DNA of 64,000 nucleotides from Bacteroidales bacterium (GTDB taxonomy: Bacteria; Bacteroidota; Bacteroidia; Bacteroidales; VadinHA17): NCBI GenBank assembly GCA_020201035.1, contig JAIVHO010000001.1, forward strand, positions 5,967 through 69,966. Reading direction: 5' to 3'. Made by a program: the position numbers and the translations under genes. Positions 20,313 through 30,914 of the stretch are shown here, piece after piece; the first letter of the stretch is position 1; every line of letters begins with the position of its first letter. The notes beneath the pieces were generated by a model. It worked only from the letters and a program-made list of their open reading frames with translations. It was not told the origin of the DNA and did not search any database.

Positions 20313-21362
20313 ATGATGGCAAAGAAAGTTAAAGTCAAAGATATCGCCGCAAAGGTTGGTCTTTCAAGCACTCTGGTGTCTCTGGTACTTAATAATAAGG
20401 CGGATCAGCATGGGATCAAGAGGGAAACACAGGAGCGTGTAATGATGATAGCCCATAAGATGGGGTTCTTTCAGCAAAAGACACCTGAAACCCGGGAAAA
20501 GGAGTCAGAAGAGAGTCCTGGTCTGGTCGGAATGATAGTACCCTCCCTTACAGATCCCTTTGTTGTAGATCTTATCCCGTATGTTCATAAAGCGCTGGCA
20601 AGCATCGGAATAGGATTTTCTGTTATGACAAAGGATCCTTTTGACCGTCGTTTCTCAAGATTCGTGACCGGTTTCAGGAAACTTTTCAGTGGAATGATAC
20701 TGGTATCGGAGGCTGCTGATGAAGCTACCGTACGTACCCTGAGGGCAGGCGACTACCCCTTTATAATTATGGAGACTGAGCTTCACAATATGAGGCTTAA
20801 TACGGTAAAAAGTGATATGGAGTCAGGCATGCGGATGATGGCTGAACATATTGCCGGACTGGGATATACCCGAATCTCCATTATCGGGAGGGAACAACCG
20901 GTAGAATCGGTTCGTGAGAATATCAGACTTATCAGGGAACAGCTGGATGCTTTGATTCCTGATGTTTCAATTTTTGATGCAACTGTTGCAAGGATACCAG
21001 GGGTTAATATTATTGATACCGCCAGACTTTCCGAATTTATGAGACCACCCTATTCCACTCAGCTTTTCGTGATCTCGGAGGCCAGCCTCGTTTACACAGT
21101 AGTTGACTATTTCAACAGGAAAGGGGTCAGGGTACCCCATGATATAGCTATTGTGTCACTTGAAGACGGAGCCGGTTTTGATCTTTTCTCAACATCAGTC
21201 ACCCGAATCAGAAAACAGGTTCCTGAACTCGCCTCAAAAGCATCCCGTATGATCTGGACAGAGATAAAAAATTCGGGAAAGGGAAAATTCAAAAGAGCAG
21301 TAAGTATTCAGCCTGAGCTAATTATCGGAAAATCATGCGGCACACACCGCCAGAGGGTGTAG
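20313..21362 (+). CDS. LacI-family transcriptional regulator
   Basis: HTH KVKDIAAKVGLSSTLVSLVLN; C-term VRVPHDIAIVS...PELIIGKSC. Confidence 0.88.
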   Translation: MMAKKVKVKDIAAKVGLSSTLVSLVLNNKADQHGIKRETQERVMMIAHKMGFFQQKTPETREKESEESPGLVGMIVPSLTDPFVVDLIPYVHKALASIGIGFSVMTKDPFDRRFSRFVTGFRKLFSGMILVSEAADEATVRTLRAGDYPFIIMETELHNMRLNTVKSDMESGMRMMAEHIAGLGYTRISIIGREQPVESVRENIRLIREQLDALIPDVSIFDATVARIPGVNIIDTARLSEFMRPPYSTQLFVISEASLVYTVVDYFNRKGVRVPHDIAIVSLEDGAGFDLFSTSVTRIRKQVPELASKASRMIWTEIKNSGKGKFKRAVSIQPELIIGKSCGTHRQRV

Positions 21363-21415
21363 ATATCTTGTTAAAAAGATGATACTACGCAACATGTCAT
21401 CTTCCAATTAAATCC

Positions 21416-21423
21416 TATATTTG
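21416..21423 (+). promoter_or_regulatory. Bacteroidota -7 promoter box for the B12 operon
   Basis: TATATTTG immediately 5' of the riboswitch. Confidence 0.65.
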
Positions 21424-21427
21424 TATC

Positions 21428-21615
21428 GTTTTGGTATTGTAATGGCCCGTCGGCCATTCAGTAATAGGGAATACGGTTTGAATCCGTAACAGTACCCGCT
21501 GCTGTGATACCCGATTGCGCAAGCAATGATGGCTCAGGTTCTACCTGCCACTGTTCCGGAATAAGAGGAATGGGAAGGCGCCTGAAGCCGGGATAAGTCA
21601 GAAGACCTGCCAGAA
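21428..21615 (+). promoter_or_regulatory. Cobalamin (B12) riboswitch
   Basis: Conserved elements in order: AATAGGGAA-CGGT-AATCCG-CCCGCTGCTGT...GCCACTG...GGGAAGG...AGTCAGAAGACCTGCC; lies upstream of btu genes. Confidence 0.95.
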
Positions 21616-21713
21616 CAGAAAAGTTTCCAGGCTTTCGGGATAAAGGCGATGGTATGTTAACATCTCTTTGTTTCCTGCTTGCGTAAGTAGTGTTAAACAA
21701 AAAAAACTCTCCG

Positions 21714-22448
21714 ATGAAAAAGTATTTAATTATGGTGGCTATATTGTCACTAATTGGTGTTTCAGCCTGTGAAAAGGGTGAGCAGGAAAGGATTCTTATT
21801 GATTTTGAAGAATTTGACCCGGGACCTGATGGGTATCTGAACGGCTCGGGAGGTGAAGGCGGATTTACTTCCGGGATAGTGTTCTTTCCAAATAGCTATA
21901 ACAGCTCCTGGGACAGCTGGAGCGGATTCTCAATCACCAGCCATAATGATACTGTAACGGCTGATTATACAAATATGTACAGTGCCATACCCGGTTCAGG
22001 TGAAGACCTTTCTGATATTTATGCGACCTATTATTTCAGTGGTATACCTGACACAATCCTCTTTGGGGAGCCGGTAAAGGTGTCATCCCTTTCTGTTACC
22101 AATACCACCTATGCATACCATACCATGCTTAATGGTAATGCTTTCTCCAAAAAATTCGGCGGTGATGATGGAAGTGATCCCGACTGGTTCAGGCTGGTAA
22201 TAACTTCTCTTGACCATAGCGCACGTCCGGTAACACGTTATAATATCTATCTGGCTGATTTTCGCAGTGAGGATGATTCTATGGATTATATATCAAACGT
22301 GTGGAATCATATTGATCTTTCAGATTCAGGTTTTATTTCAGGGCTGGTCTTCTTTATTGAGTCAAGCGATACGGGTGATTATGGAATCAATACTCCGGCA
22401 TATGTATCAATCGACAATCTGGAACTGATTCCTGAACCGGCCGAATAG
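21714..22448 (+). CDS. DUF4465-family lipoprotein (BtuJ-like putative B12-binding surface protein)
   Basis: Lipobox VSAC; WSGFSI, VTNTTYAY, GNAFSKKFGG, DWFRLVI, SSDTGDYGINTPAY..IDN; first gene after the riboswitch. Confidence 0.75.
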   Translation: MKKYLIMVAILSLIGVSACEKGEQERILIDFEEFDPGPDGYLNGSGGEGGFTSGIVFFPNSYNSSWDSWSGFSITSHNDTVTADYTNMYSAIPGSGEDLSDIYATYYFSGIPDTILFGEPVKVSSLSVTNTTYAYHTMLNGNAFSKKFGGDDGSDPDWFRLVITSLDHSARPVTRYNIYLADFRSEDDSMDYISNVWNHIDLSDSGFISGLVFFIESSDTGDYGINTPAYVSIDNLELIPEPAE

Positions 22449-22451
22449 ATA

Positions 22452-23426
22452 ATGTTACCCCGTATATGCATATTATTCTTTATCCTGTTGTCCCGTGTCC
22501 TGAATGCCGGGGCACAGTTTGCACCTGCCGCTGGTGAAGCGGGAAGTACGGCTGTTTATTACACCGATCCCCGCATTGCCGGGTGGGCTACGGAGGTGAA
22601 GGTATTGCGGGGTTATATGAATATAGCAGATAAAAGCCCTGGCTTTGCATCTTCGGGGGATGAGAGCTATGCCATGGGTGCTGCTGACAACTTTACAGTA
22701 AGCCTGGGTGACAGCGGGGTTGCCGTGGTGTCATTTGACAGACCTGTGGCTGATATTGATGGTTTTGATTTTGCAATATTTGAAAACTCCTTTGACGGAC
22801 GTTTCCTCGAACTCGCACATGTTGATGTAAGCAGTGACAGTATCAGGTGGATCAGGTTCCCGTCACAGTCACTTACACCCGTGGATGTTCAGACTGACGG
22901 CTTCGGCGTTACTGACCCTTCCATGATAAATAATCTGGCCGGGAAGTATGAGAAACTCTATGGTACTCCATTTGATCTGCATGAACTGATTGATTCGGCA
23001 GGAGTAGATATTGGTAACATCCTGTTTATTAAAATAACGGATGTGGTTGGATCAGTTGATTCACTGACAGGTTCTCGGGATTCGGAGGGTCGACTGATAA
23101 ATGACCCCTGGCCCACTCCGTTTGAGTCATCCGGATTTGACCTGGATGCCGTGGCCATTATGGGAACTGCTTCAGCAATTGATCATGCTGGGCTGTCTGG
23201 TATGAGGATATACCCTGTTCCTGCCGGAGATATTATTACAGTCTGTTCAGAATCATACAACACCGGCACAATCACAATAATTTCACTCTCCGGAAAAGTA
23301 ATGCTGGCAGCCGCTGTTAATGGATACAGTGATAATGTGGATGTATCACGGTTACCTCCCGGTACATATATAATGAAGTTGAGTTTACCACAGCAGGAGA
23401 TATCACAGCTGTTTATAAAAAGATGA
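22452..23426 (+). CDS. T9SS-secreted surface protein, possibly BtuH-like cobamide-binding
   Basis: Signal peptide ending AQ; VSLGDSG, DFAIFENSF, ELAHVDVSSD, GFDLDAV; T9SS CTD IYPVPA...LPPGTYIMKL. Confidence 0.6.
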   Translation: MLPRICILFFILLSRVLNAGAQFAPAAGEAGSTAVYYTDPRIAGWATEVKVLRGYMNIADKSPGFASSGDESYAMGAADNFTVSLGDSGVAVVSFDRPVADIDGFDFAIFENSFDGRFLELAHVDVSSDSIRWIRFPSQSLTPVDVQTDGFGVTDPSMINNLAGKYEKLYGTPFDLHELIDSAGVDIGNILFIKITDVVGSVDSLTGSRDSEGRLINDPWPTPFESSGFDLDAVAIMGTASAIDHAGLSGMRIYPVPAGDIITVCSESYNTGTITIISLSGKVMLAAAVNGYSDNVDVSRLPPGTYIMKLSLPQQEISQLFIKR

Positions 23427-25351
23427 AGATATTCCCTTATATAGTAATACTGTTTCTGCAGGCTGTTTCAGTCACTCTCTGTGGTCAGGTCCCGGTATCC
23501 GGCAGTGATACCCTTCATCTGGGAGAGGTCAGTGTTACAGCCCGCAAGGTAAAGGGTACAAGCGGTTTTAAGGTTACATCGCTGGAGGCAGAAGCGATGG
23601 AGAGACATCAGGGCAGGTCGGTTGCATTTCTGCTTGAAAGGGAGAGTTCACTGCTGCTGAAAAATTATGGTAATGGCGGACTGGCATCTGCGTCATTCAG
23701 GGGTATGGGTGCATCAAAGACCAGGGTTTACTGGAATGGTATTCCTGTTAATTCCCCTGCAAACGGGCAGGCGGATCTTTCCCTGATACCCGTGCATGGA
23801 ACCGGTCGCATTGATGTTTTTCATGGTGCTTCACCCGCATTTACCGGTACCGGTGGGCCGGGCGGTACACTTTCATTGATTACCGGACCTGAGTGGCTGA
23901 ATGGTATCTCTGTTTCTTCACAACAGGGAGCAGGCAGTTTTGGTCTTTTGAGTGAAGATATCTCACTGAGAGCAGGTAACGGAAACTATGAGATTATCTC
24001 CTCCGCATGGTTCCGGAAGGCAGAAAATAATTTTACCTGGGTTGATGATTTCAGTACCTCCCAGCCTGTTATAAAAGAGCGTACCAACAGCAGTTATTCG
24101 GTTTCAGGAGCAACAGCAGGGATATACCTTAAAAGGAGAAACACCATAATCACCGGAATGGGCTATATCAATTGGGCCGACAGAAATCTGCCCGGTCCGG
24201 TGATTGAAGATAGCCAGGGATCAGAGCGGCAGTATGACCGGCAGGTCAGGGTAGTGGCAGGACTAAAAAATTACTCCCTGCCTGTAAAACTTGATTTCAA
24301 GGGAGCATATATTACAGATTACCTGGACTATATAAATGAAGCAGCCTCCCTTGAGTCGTTGACACGAACAAGATCGCTCTATTTTTCCGGCGATGGTAAA
24401 TATGATCTTAAGCCCGGATATACCCTGAATATTGCCTTTTCGGATAACTATGCTGTTGTGCTGTCCGACAACCATGGTGGAGAACAGGGCATTAACCATG
24501 CTATATTGAGAGCATCACTCTCCGCCGAGTGGCAGGATAGAATAGCCCTCTATCTGTCTGCCGAGATCACTCATGCCAGGGGTGAGCTGCTTATTCCCAC
24601 TCCTTCGGCCGGATTTGACCTTAAGGTAACTGAAGGGGGAGCTCTTTTTCTTAAAGGGAATATTGGACGGTCTGTTACCCTGCCAACGCTGAATGATCTC
24701 TTCTGGGTTCCCGGGGGTAACCCTGACCTGAAAAATGAGACAGGAGTAAACAGTGAACTCTCCCTTGAGGTGAAAAAAGGGGCAAAAAGGGGACTCTCTG
24801 CCACAGGTGAGATAACAATCTACTATTCAAATATCAGTAACATGATAAAATGGTTGCCCGGTGATTACGGTATCTGGTCTCCTGTAAATATCCCCGGTGT
24901 TGTCTCTTCCGGCAGCGAGGCCAGTGGTGAGGTCAGCATTGACGCCGGGAGGTCAGAAATAAAGATTGGCACCAGAATCTCATATACCAACACAACCGGC
25001 AGGAGCGAAGTATCTGAAAGCGATAATTCATCCGGCAAACAACTGATCTATGTTCCTTACTGGCAGGGTGGAGGCATAGCCGACTATACCCTGGGAGCGT
25101 TCACGGCAGGCTGGTATACCCGCTTTACCGGAGCACGATATACTACGGCAGATAACACCCTGAGCCTTGACCCTTTTATTATAAATGATCTTATTCTTAC
25201 CTGCCGGGCAGGTCACAGCAGAAATACCTTCTCTTTTGCACTGGAGATTACCAATATCTTTAATACAGAATATGAAAATATTGCATGGTATCCTATGCCC
25301 GGAAGGGGATACCGGGTATCATTAAAATATAACTTCAGAAAATTAAGATGA
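23423..25351 (+). CDS. btuB: TonB-dependent cobalamin receptor
   Basis: LGEVSVTA, plug SFRGMG...VYWNGIPVN, PTLNDLFW..GGNPDLKNE, C-term NIFNTEY...PMPGRGYRVSLKYNF; riboswitch context. Confidence 0.85.
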   Translation: MKIFPYIVILFLQAVSVTLCGQVPVSGSDTLHLGEVSVTARKVKGTSGFKVTSLEAEAMERHQGRSVAFLLERESSLLLKNYGNGGLASASFRGMGASKTRVYWNGIPVNSPANGQADLSLIPVHGTGRIDVFHGASPAFTGTGGPGGTLSLITGPEWLNGISVSSQQGAGSFGLLSEDISLRAGNGNYEIISSAWFRKAENNFTWVDDFSTSQPVIKERTNSSYSVSGATAGIYLKRRNTIITGMGYINWADRNLPGPVIEDSQGSERQYDRQVRVVAGLKNYSLPVKLDFKGAYITDYLDYINEAASLESLTRTRSLYFSGDGKYDLKPGYTLNIAFSDNYAVVLSDNHGGEQGINHAILRASLSAEWQDRIALYLSAEITHARGELLIPTPSAGFDLKVTEGGALFLKGNIGRSVTLPTLNDLFWVPGGNPDLKNETGVNSELSLEVKKGAKRGLSATGEITIYYSNISNMIKWLPGDYGIWSPVNIPGVVSSGSEASGEVSIDAGRSEIKIGTRISYTNTTGRSEVSESDNSSGKQLIYVPYWQGGGIADYTLGAFTAGWYTRFTGARYTTADNTLSLDPFIINDLILTCRAGHSRNTFSFALEITNIFNTEYENIAWYPMPGRGYRVSLKYNFRKLR

Positions 25352-25396
25352 TTTTTTAAATAATCTTATTGTCAAGTAATTAAAAAATTCAACCGA

Positions 25397-26470
25397 ATGA
25401 ACCGGAGATACTGCCGTGAAAAAGTTTTAAAAACCCTGTTTCTGATAATGGTAATTATGCAGGGATGCACTGATAAATCTCCTGAACAGCAATCTCCAGG
25501 CCTCTTTTCCGGTGATGGATTTTTTATCGGGAATGAAGGAAATTTCAGAAGTGGCAACGGTTCCCTCTCATTCTACTCATATGATTCAATCCATGTTTAT
25601 AACAACCTGTTCAGCGTGGTTAATGGGCGTCCGGCCGGAGATGTTCTTAATTATATTGCCATTCATGGTGATCATCTTTTTATGGTAGTGAATAATTCAG
25701 GAAAAGTTGAAGTTACCGATGCCGGAACGCTTGAATCAGAAGCTTCAGTAACCGGACTTTTATCACCCCGGAATATAGCTTTTATCTCAGACACGAAAGC
25801 CTATATCTCATCTCTTTACTCCGATTCCGTTACAATATTCAATCCTGAAGGTTTTATTATTGAAGGTTATATAAATATTGGCCGTACCAGCGAATATATC
25901 ACTGTGAAAGGGAACCGTGCATGGATATCAAACTGGTCAATGGGCAATACCATAACAGTTATTGATACTGAAAATGATCTTGTTGACGGAGTAATAGTTG
26001 TAGCTTCCGAGCCCGGCAGGATTGTGGAGGACAGCGACGGAATGCTCTGGGTCCTTTGCAGCGGCGGATATATGAATACCGAATACCCTGCACTCTACAG
26101 GATAGATCCTGCCCTGATGAGTGTTGATGTGGAGCTGAGGTTTGAAAACATACTCTCTTCTCCCTCTGAGCTGATGATCAATAAAACCGGTGACCGTCTG
26201 TTTTTTCTGAATGGTGATATTTTCAGTATGGGAACAGAAGATATCCGGTTGCCGGATGATCCTATCATTGAATCCTGTGACCGGAATTTCTACAGGCTGG
26301 GATATGATGCACACAGGGATATCATTTATGCTACAGATGCTGTGGATTATATGCAGAAGGGACATGTATACGGCTATAATCAGGCGGGAGATGAGGTGAT
26401 CTCATTTGAGGCAGGTATAATTCCCGGATCATTTGCCTTTACCGGCAATGGTGATAATATGATTGAGTAG
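25397..26470 (+). CDS. btuG: BtuG-like beta-propeller B12-binding lipoprotein
   Basis: Lipobox MQGC; NEGNF..GNGSLSFY, VVNNSGKV, SPRNI, DAVDY.QKG, AGIIPGSF. Confidence 0.85.
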   Translation: MNRRYCREKVLKTLFLIMVIMQGCTDKSPEQQSPGLFSGDGFFIGNEGNFRSGNGSLSFYSYDSIHVYNNLFSVVNGRPAGDVLNYIAIHGDHLFMVVNNSGKVEVTDAGTLESEASVTGLLSPRNIAFISDTKAYISSLYSDSVTIFNPEGFIIEGYINIGRTSEYITVKGNRAWISNWSMGNTITVIDTENDLVDGVIVVASEPGRIVEDSDGMLWVLCSGGYMNTEYPALYRIDPALMSVDVELRFENILSSPSELMINKTGDRLFFLNGDIFSMGTEDIRLPDDPIIESCDRNFYRLGYDAHRDIIYATDAVDYMQKGHVYGYNQAGDEVISFEAGIIPGSFAFTGNGDNMIE

Positions 26471-26521
26471 ACACCGAAATGAACCATTATTTGTTACTTT
26501 TATAATGTTTACAGGTAAAGA

Positions 26522-28705
26522 ATGGTGAAAAGGAGACAAGGGATATACAAGCTGACTGCTGCTGTGCTGTTTGTTTTGACTTCAGTGGCAGGCCAGGCCC
26601 AGATAGTATACGAGAGCGGTACTCCTGCCGGTATTGCCGGTATTGATATTGAATCATTCATCAGTGAGCTGAATATATCAGAACAGAGTATTGATTCAGT
26701 AAAAAATATTTACGCTACTGGCGAGAAGCGATTTCGTTTTGCGGTTCAGCGGGAATGCAACCTGAAAAGAAGCAATTCAGGAGTTGTCAAAAAGAACGGT
26801 AAGGGTATTATTTGGTATCTGCCTGTGCGCTCCAGGGGGGCTGAAAGCCTGAATGTTATTTTTAGCGGTTTCAGGCTTGAAGAGGGGGAGCAACTTTTTG
26901 TATATGACAGGGAGCAGACAACAGTAAGGGGACCCTTTACCTGGCGGAACAATAATGATAACAATATCCTTGCGATAATGCCGGTTCCCGGTGATGAGAT
27001 GATTATAGAGCTTCAGCTTATTGAGGGATCCTCTTCAGAACCGGTGGCTTCGAGGATATCGCACGACTTTCTGGGCATATTGCAGAAGGGAGGAGCCAAG
27101 GACTACTATTTTGGAGGCTCAGGTCCCTGCAATATTGATATAAACTGCAGCGAGGGTGACGACTGGCAGGTTGAGAAACGCTCTGTGGTAAGGATTCTGG
27201 TAGCAGGCAATGAGCTTGGCACCGGTGTGCTGGTTAATAACTCCAACCAGGAGAACATTCCCTATATTCTTACCGCAGAGCATCTTGTTAATAATCAGGT
27301 GATGGCAGAAGCATCTCTTTTCGTTTTCGGATATGAGAGTCCATGGTGCGACGGTCCGGACGGTGTGGTGGATATGTCGCTGTCGGGTGCCGACCTTATT
27401 GCTACCAATGCAGAGGTAGATATGACCCTTTTACGGCTATCCTCTTTCCCTCCCGTCACCTATAAGCCATATCTCGCGGGCTGGGATGCCACGGGGACGA
27501 TACACACAGGGTCGGTAACCATTCATCATCCGGGTGCAGATGTAAAAAAGATAACCATTGACTTGCAGCAACCTATTATATCCACATTCGAGGGGATGAG
27601 GACAGATGCCTTCTGGCAGATACTGGAATGGGAATACGGCACTACCGAAGGTGGCTCCTCAGGGGCACCCCTTTTTAATCAGGATAGGCGGGTTGTAGGC
27701 AGTCTTACTGGGGGAGAGGCAGTATGCGGCAGAAGCGTAAATGACTATTTCTACAGGTTTGATGTTGCGTGGGATGTAACGGATTATATGTTTATGAGCC
27801 TTAGGGCGTGGCTTGATCCTGCCCGCTCCGGATCACTTGTTCTGGATGGCCGCGACCCCTATGCTCCCAATTTTGAGGCAGGTGATACCACAGGTTTAGC
27901 AGCAGGCTCGCAGGACCTTCTGACACTGTACAGTCAGTCTGATGATAAATATACCACAGGTTTGAACAGCGACAGCATTATTGCATATGCTGAATTTATG
28001 CCATATGCGGGTAACGGATTTGTTACAGAGCTGTATGCAAAGGTGGGGAAGGTATCCTGGATAAGTGCATCAGATTCGGTAACCTTCTTTGTTGCATCCG
28101 GTGACGGAGAAGTACCGGGTAGTGTAATAGCTGCCAAAAGGGTTCTTATTGGCAGGAGCAGGGATGATTTCCTTCTGTCAGTCACTTTTGATTACCCTGT
28201 TCCGGTAACCGGCAATTTCTTTGCAGGGTACCGTTTGTGGTACAAGAGTCTGCTATCCTCTGATCAGCCTCAGTTTGCCCTTTATCACAGTCAGATTTTA
28301 CCGGAGGAAGAGAACAGAGCGTGGTTTCTTAACGGAACAGGATGGTATCCCTTTACCATGCATCCTGAAGATCCGGCAGCTCGAAGCCTTGCTCTGGCTG
28401 CAATCGTAATAGCAGATCCCGTAGTTAACAGCGTTGAGTATATGAAAGAGGAGAGGAGTATGGATATCTACCCAAACCCGGCATCAGAGAGAGTGACTCT
28501 GCTTTTGCGTGATATTTATCCGGAGGAATACATTGTATCATTAAGTGATATCACCGGAAGAATCCTTTACCGGTCGGGGCGACTGATGGAAAGAGAACAT
28601 ATAATAAGGAATCTGGATTCTTTTAATCCAGGCATATATATTATCCGCATTGATTACAGGGGTGGATATGAAACCCGCAAACTGGTAGTGGGAGGACGAC
28701 GATGA
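26522..28705 (+). CDS. Trypsin-like (S1, lysyl-endopeptidase-like) serine protease with T9SS CTD
   Basis: CNIDINC, ILTAEH (His), DMTLLRL (Asp), TTEGGSSGAPLF (Ser), WLDP; CTD IYPNPA...PGIYIIRI. Confidence 0.88.
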   Translation: MVKRRQGIYKLTAAVLFVLTSVAGQAQIVYESGTPAGIAGIDIESFISELNISEQSIDSVKNIYATGEKRFRFAVQRECNLKRSNSGVVKKNGKGIIWYLPVRSRGAESLNVIFSGFRLEEGEQLFVYDREQTTVRGPFTWRNNNDNNILAIMPVPGDEMIIELQLIEGSSSEPVASRISHDFLGILQKGGAKDYYFGGSGPCNIDINCSEGDDWQVEKRSVVRILVAGNELGTGVLVNNSNQENIPYILTAEHLVNNQVMAEASLFVFGYESPWCDGPDGVVDMSLSGADLIATNAEVDMTLLRLSSFPPVTYKPYLAGWDATGTIHTGSVTIHHPGADVKKITIDLQQPIISTFEGMRTDAFWQILEWEYGTTEGGSSGAPLFNQDRRVVGSLTGGEAVCGRSVNDYFYRFDVAWDVTDYMFMSLRAWLDPARSGSLVLDGRDPYAPNFEAGDTTGLAAGSQDLLTLYSQSDDKYTTGLNSDSIIAYAEFMPYAGNGFVTELYAKVGKVSWISASDSVTFFVASGDGEVPGSVIAAKRVLIGRSRDDFLLSVTFDYPVPVTGNFFAGYRLWYKSLLSSDQPQFALYHSQILPEEENRAWFLNGTGWYPFTMHPEDPAARSLALAAIVIADPVVNSVEYMKEERSMDIYPNPASERVTLLLRDIYPEEYIVSLSDITGRILYRSGRLMEREHIIRNLDSFNPGIYIIRIDYRGGYETRKLVVGGRR

Positions 28706-29859
28706 AGCACTTGATAATTCCGGTCCTGATCATTCTGATGCTCTCATGCAACAGCAGGAAGGGAGAGATGAAAACGGGAGAAAATATCAGTGACTCCGTT
28801 AGTGAGAATCTCTACAGCAGGCTGTTCACTGTTTCTCACGAGGAAAATTTTACCAGGATGACTATCACCAGTCCGTGGCAGGGTTCAGGAGATATCGCAC
28901 TTGACTATTTCCTCCTGCCTGATTCAGGCAGAATACCTGATGGCGCGGATCCGGCTATGGTTATCCGTACACCTGTTTCCAGGGTTGTTTGTATGTCTAC
29001 CACCCATGTGGCTATGATAAGCAGACTGGGATTCACCTCAACAATAAAGGCGGTATCCGGGCCTGGTTATATTTCAGATAAACAGCTTCTTTCAATGATT
29101 TCTGAAGGCAGCGTGGCTGATATAGGCTATGACTCAAATATTAACAGTGAGCTTATAGTCTCTCTTGAACCTGATGTGGTTCTGGTATATGGAGTTGGTG
29201 CCGAATCGGCAGGTTATCTCTCCAAGATACGTGATTCAGGAATACCCCTTCTCTATATCTCAGATTACCTGGAGAATGACCCTCTGGCCAGGGCTGAATG
29301 GCTCAGGGTTTTCGGGTTTCTTTATGAAAAGGAGGATGAGGCAGACCGTATCTTTGAAAATATTGCAGCCGAATATGAACTTCTTAAACAGGAGGTTGCC
29401 TGGCGTTTAAACAATTTACCTGTTGTAATGACCGGACTGCCATATAAAGATACGTGGTATATCTCTCCTGGAAATTCCTATATCGGACAACTGATATCAG
29501 ATGCTGGCGGAAAATACCTGTGGAGTGACAGGAGGTCGGCATCAGCCATCCCCATGAGTCTGGAGAGTGTTTATGTGAAAGCTCATAATGCGGATATATG
29601 GATTAATTCGGGAAGTGCAGAGAGCCTGGATGATATTGTTTCGGTTGACACCCGGCTAGGGGATCTTAAGCCGGTTAAGACAGGTCGCGTTTTCAATAAT
29701 AATGCCAGACAGTTGCCGGGTGGTGGCAATGACTACTGGGAAAAGGGAGTTCTTGAGCCTCACGTATTGCTTCTTGACCTTATCTCAGTTTTTCACCCGG
29801 GACTGGTTCCGGATAACATAATATGCTATTACAGGAGGCTTGAATGGAAAGAGAGATAA
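28702..29859 (+). CDS. btuF: Cobalamin ABC transporter substrate-binding lipoprotein
   Basis: Lipobox MLSC; PVSRVVCMSTTH, ENDPLARAEW, DAGGKYLW, GNDYWEKG..PH..L.DL. Confidence 0.85.
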   Translation: MKHLIIPVLIILMLSCNSRKGEMKTGENISDSVSENLYSRLFTVSHEENFTRMTITSPWQGSGDIALDYFLLPDSGRIPDGADPAMVIRTPVSRVVCMSTTHVAMISRLGFTSTIKAVSGPGYISDKQLLSMISEGSVADIGYDSNINSELIVSLEPDVVLVYGVGAESAGYLSKIRDSGIPLLYISDYLENDPLARAEWLRVFGFLYEKEDEADRIFENIAAEYELLKQEVAWRLNNLPVVMTGLPYKDTWYISPGNSYIGQLISDAGGKYLWSDRRSASAIPMSLESVYVKAHNADIWINSGSAESLDDIVSVDTRLGDLKPVKTGRVFNNNARQLPGGGNDYWEKGVLEPHVLLLDLISVFHPGLVPDNIICYYRRLEWKER

Positions 29860-30914
29860 CGGGAAAGGGAGCAGATGAGGTTTCCGGCCGCAGAAGGGGC
29901 GAACCACTTCTCTTCTCCCTGCTGATAATTATCCTTATACTGCTCTTTATTGCAGATATCTCTACCGGCACCTCTGTTCTTGGCTTCCGGGAGATAGCAG
30001 AAATCATCCGCGGCAGGGGCAATCCTGATCTTATTCCGCTGCTTATCAGTTTCAGGCTTCCCCGAGCCCTGACTGCGATTATTGCAGGTGTTGCACTCTC
30101 ACTGAGCGGACTGCAGATGCAGACCCTGTTCAGAAATCCGCTTGCTGGTCCGTATGTCCTGGGAATCAGTTCAGGTGCAAGTCTGGGTGTTGCCCTTCTT
30201 ATTCTGGGAGTTTCCGGAATTGGAGCTGCAGGTCATCTCCCTGTTGCCGGTAACTGGGCAATAGCAGTTGCAGCGTGGCTGGGATCGGGATTGGTGCTGT
30301 TGCTTGTTATGAGTGTTTCATTCAGGGTGAGGGATATTATGACAGTGCTGATTCTGGGCATTATGCTGGCGAGTGCCATCTCGGCTGTTGTAAGTATACT
30401 GCAATACTTCAGCAGCGAATCAATGCTTAAGGCTTTTGTTGTATGGACCATGGGAAGCCTCGGAAACCTTTCATGGATACAGTTGCAGATACTCCTTGCA
30501 GGTTCCGGTGCCGGTATGCTGCTTGCCATCCTCTCGGCAAAAAGACTGGATGCTCTGCTCACAGGTGAGGAATTTGCACGAAGTATGGGAGTAAATATTA
30601 CCGCCTCAAGGGCTCTTATTATGGTCAGTACTACACTGATGGCAGGCAGCGTGACAGCCTTTTGTGGCCCTATTGCATTTATAGGAATTGCCGTACCTCA
30701 TATAGCCAGACTGATACTGGGCAGCACGCTGCACCGTTACCTTATACCGGGATCAGCAGTGATTGGGGCTATAGTAATGCTGGCAGGGGATATAATCAGC
30801 CAGGTACCCGGCAGTGATACTCTGCTGCCCATCAATTCTGTAACATCACTGATAGGGATACCTGTAATAGTATGGATAATCATCAGGAAAAACAGATTAA
30901 TCTCCGTAGGATAA
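29844..30914 (+). CDS. btuC: Cobalamin ABC transporter permease (FecCD family)
   Basis: FRLPRALTA, QMQTLFRNPLAGPYVLGISSGA, GPIAFIGIAVPHIAR. Confidence 0.9.
   Translation: MEREITGKGADEVSGRRRGEPLLFSLLIIILILLFIADISTGTSVLGFREIAEIIRGRGNPDLIPLLISFRLPRALTAIIAGVALSLSGLQMQTLFRNPLAGPYVLGISSGASLGVALLILGVSGIGAAGHLPVAGNWAIAVAAWLGSGLVLLLVMSVSFRVRDIMTVLILGIMLASAISAVVSILQYFSSESMLKAFVVWTMGSLGNLSWIQLQILLAGSGAGMLLAILSAKRLDALLTGEEFARSMGVNITASRALIMVSTTLMAGSVTAFCGPIAFIGIAVPHIARLILGSTLHRYLIPGSAVIGAIVMLAGDIISQVPGSDTLLPINSVTSLIGIPVIVWIIIRKNRLISVG

Noticed and set aside
21458-21700. 80-aa minus-strand ORF
   Set aside because: Antisense to the cobalamin riboswitch.
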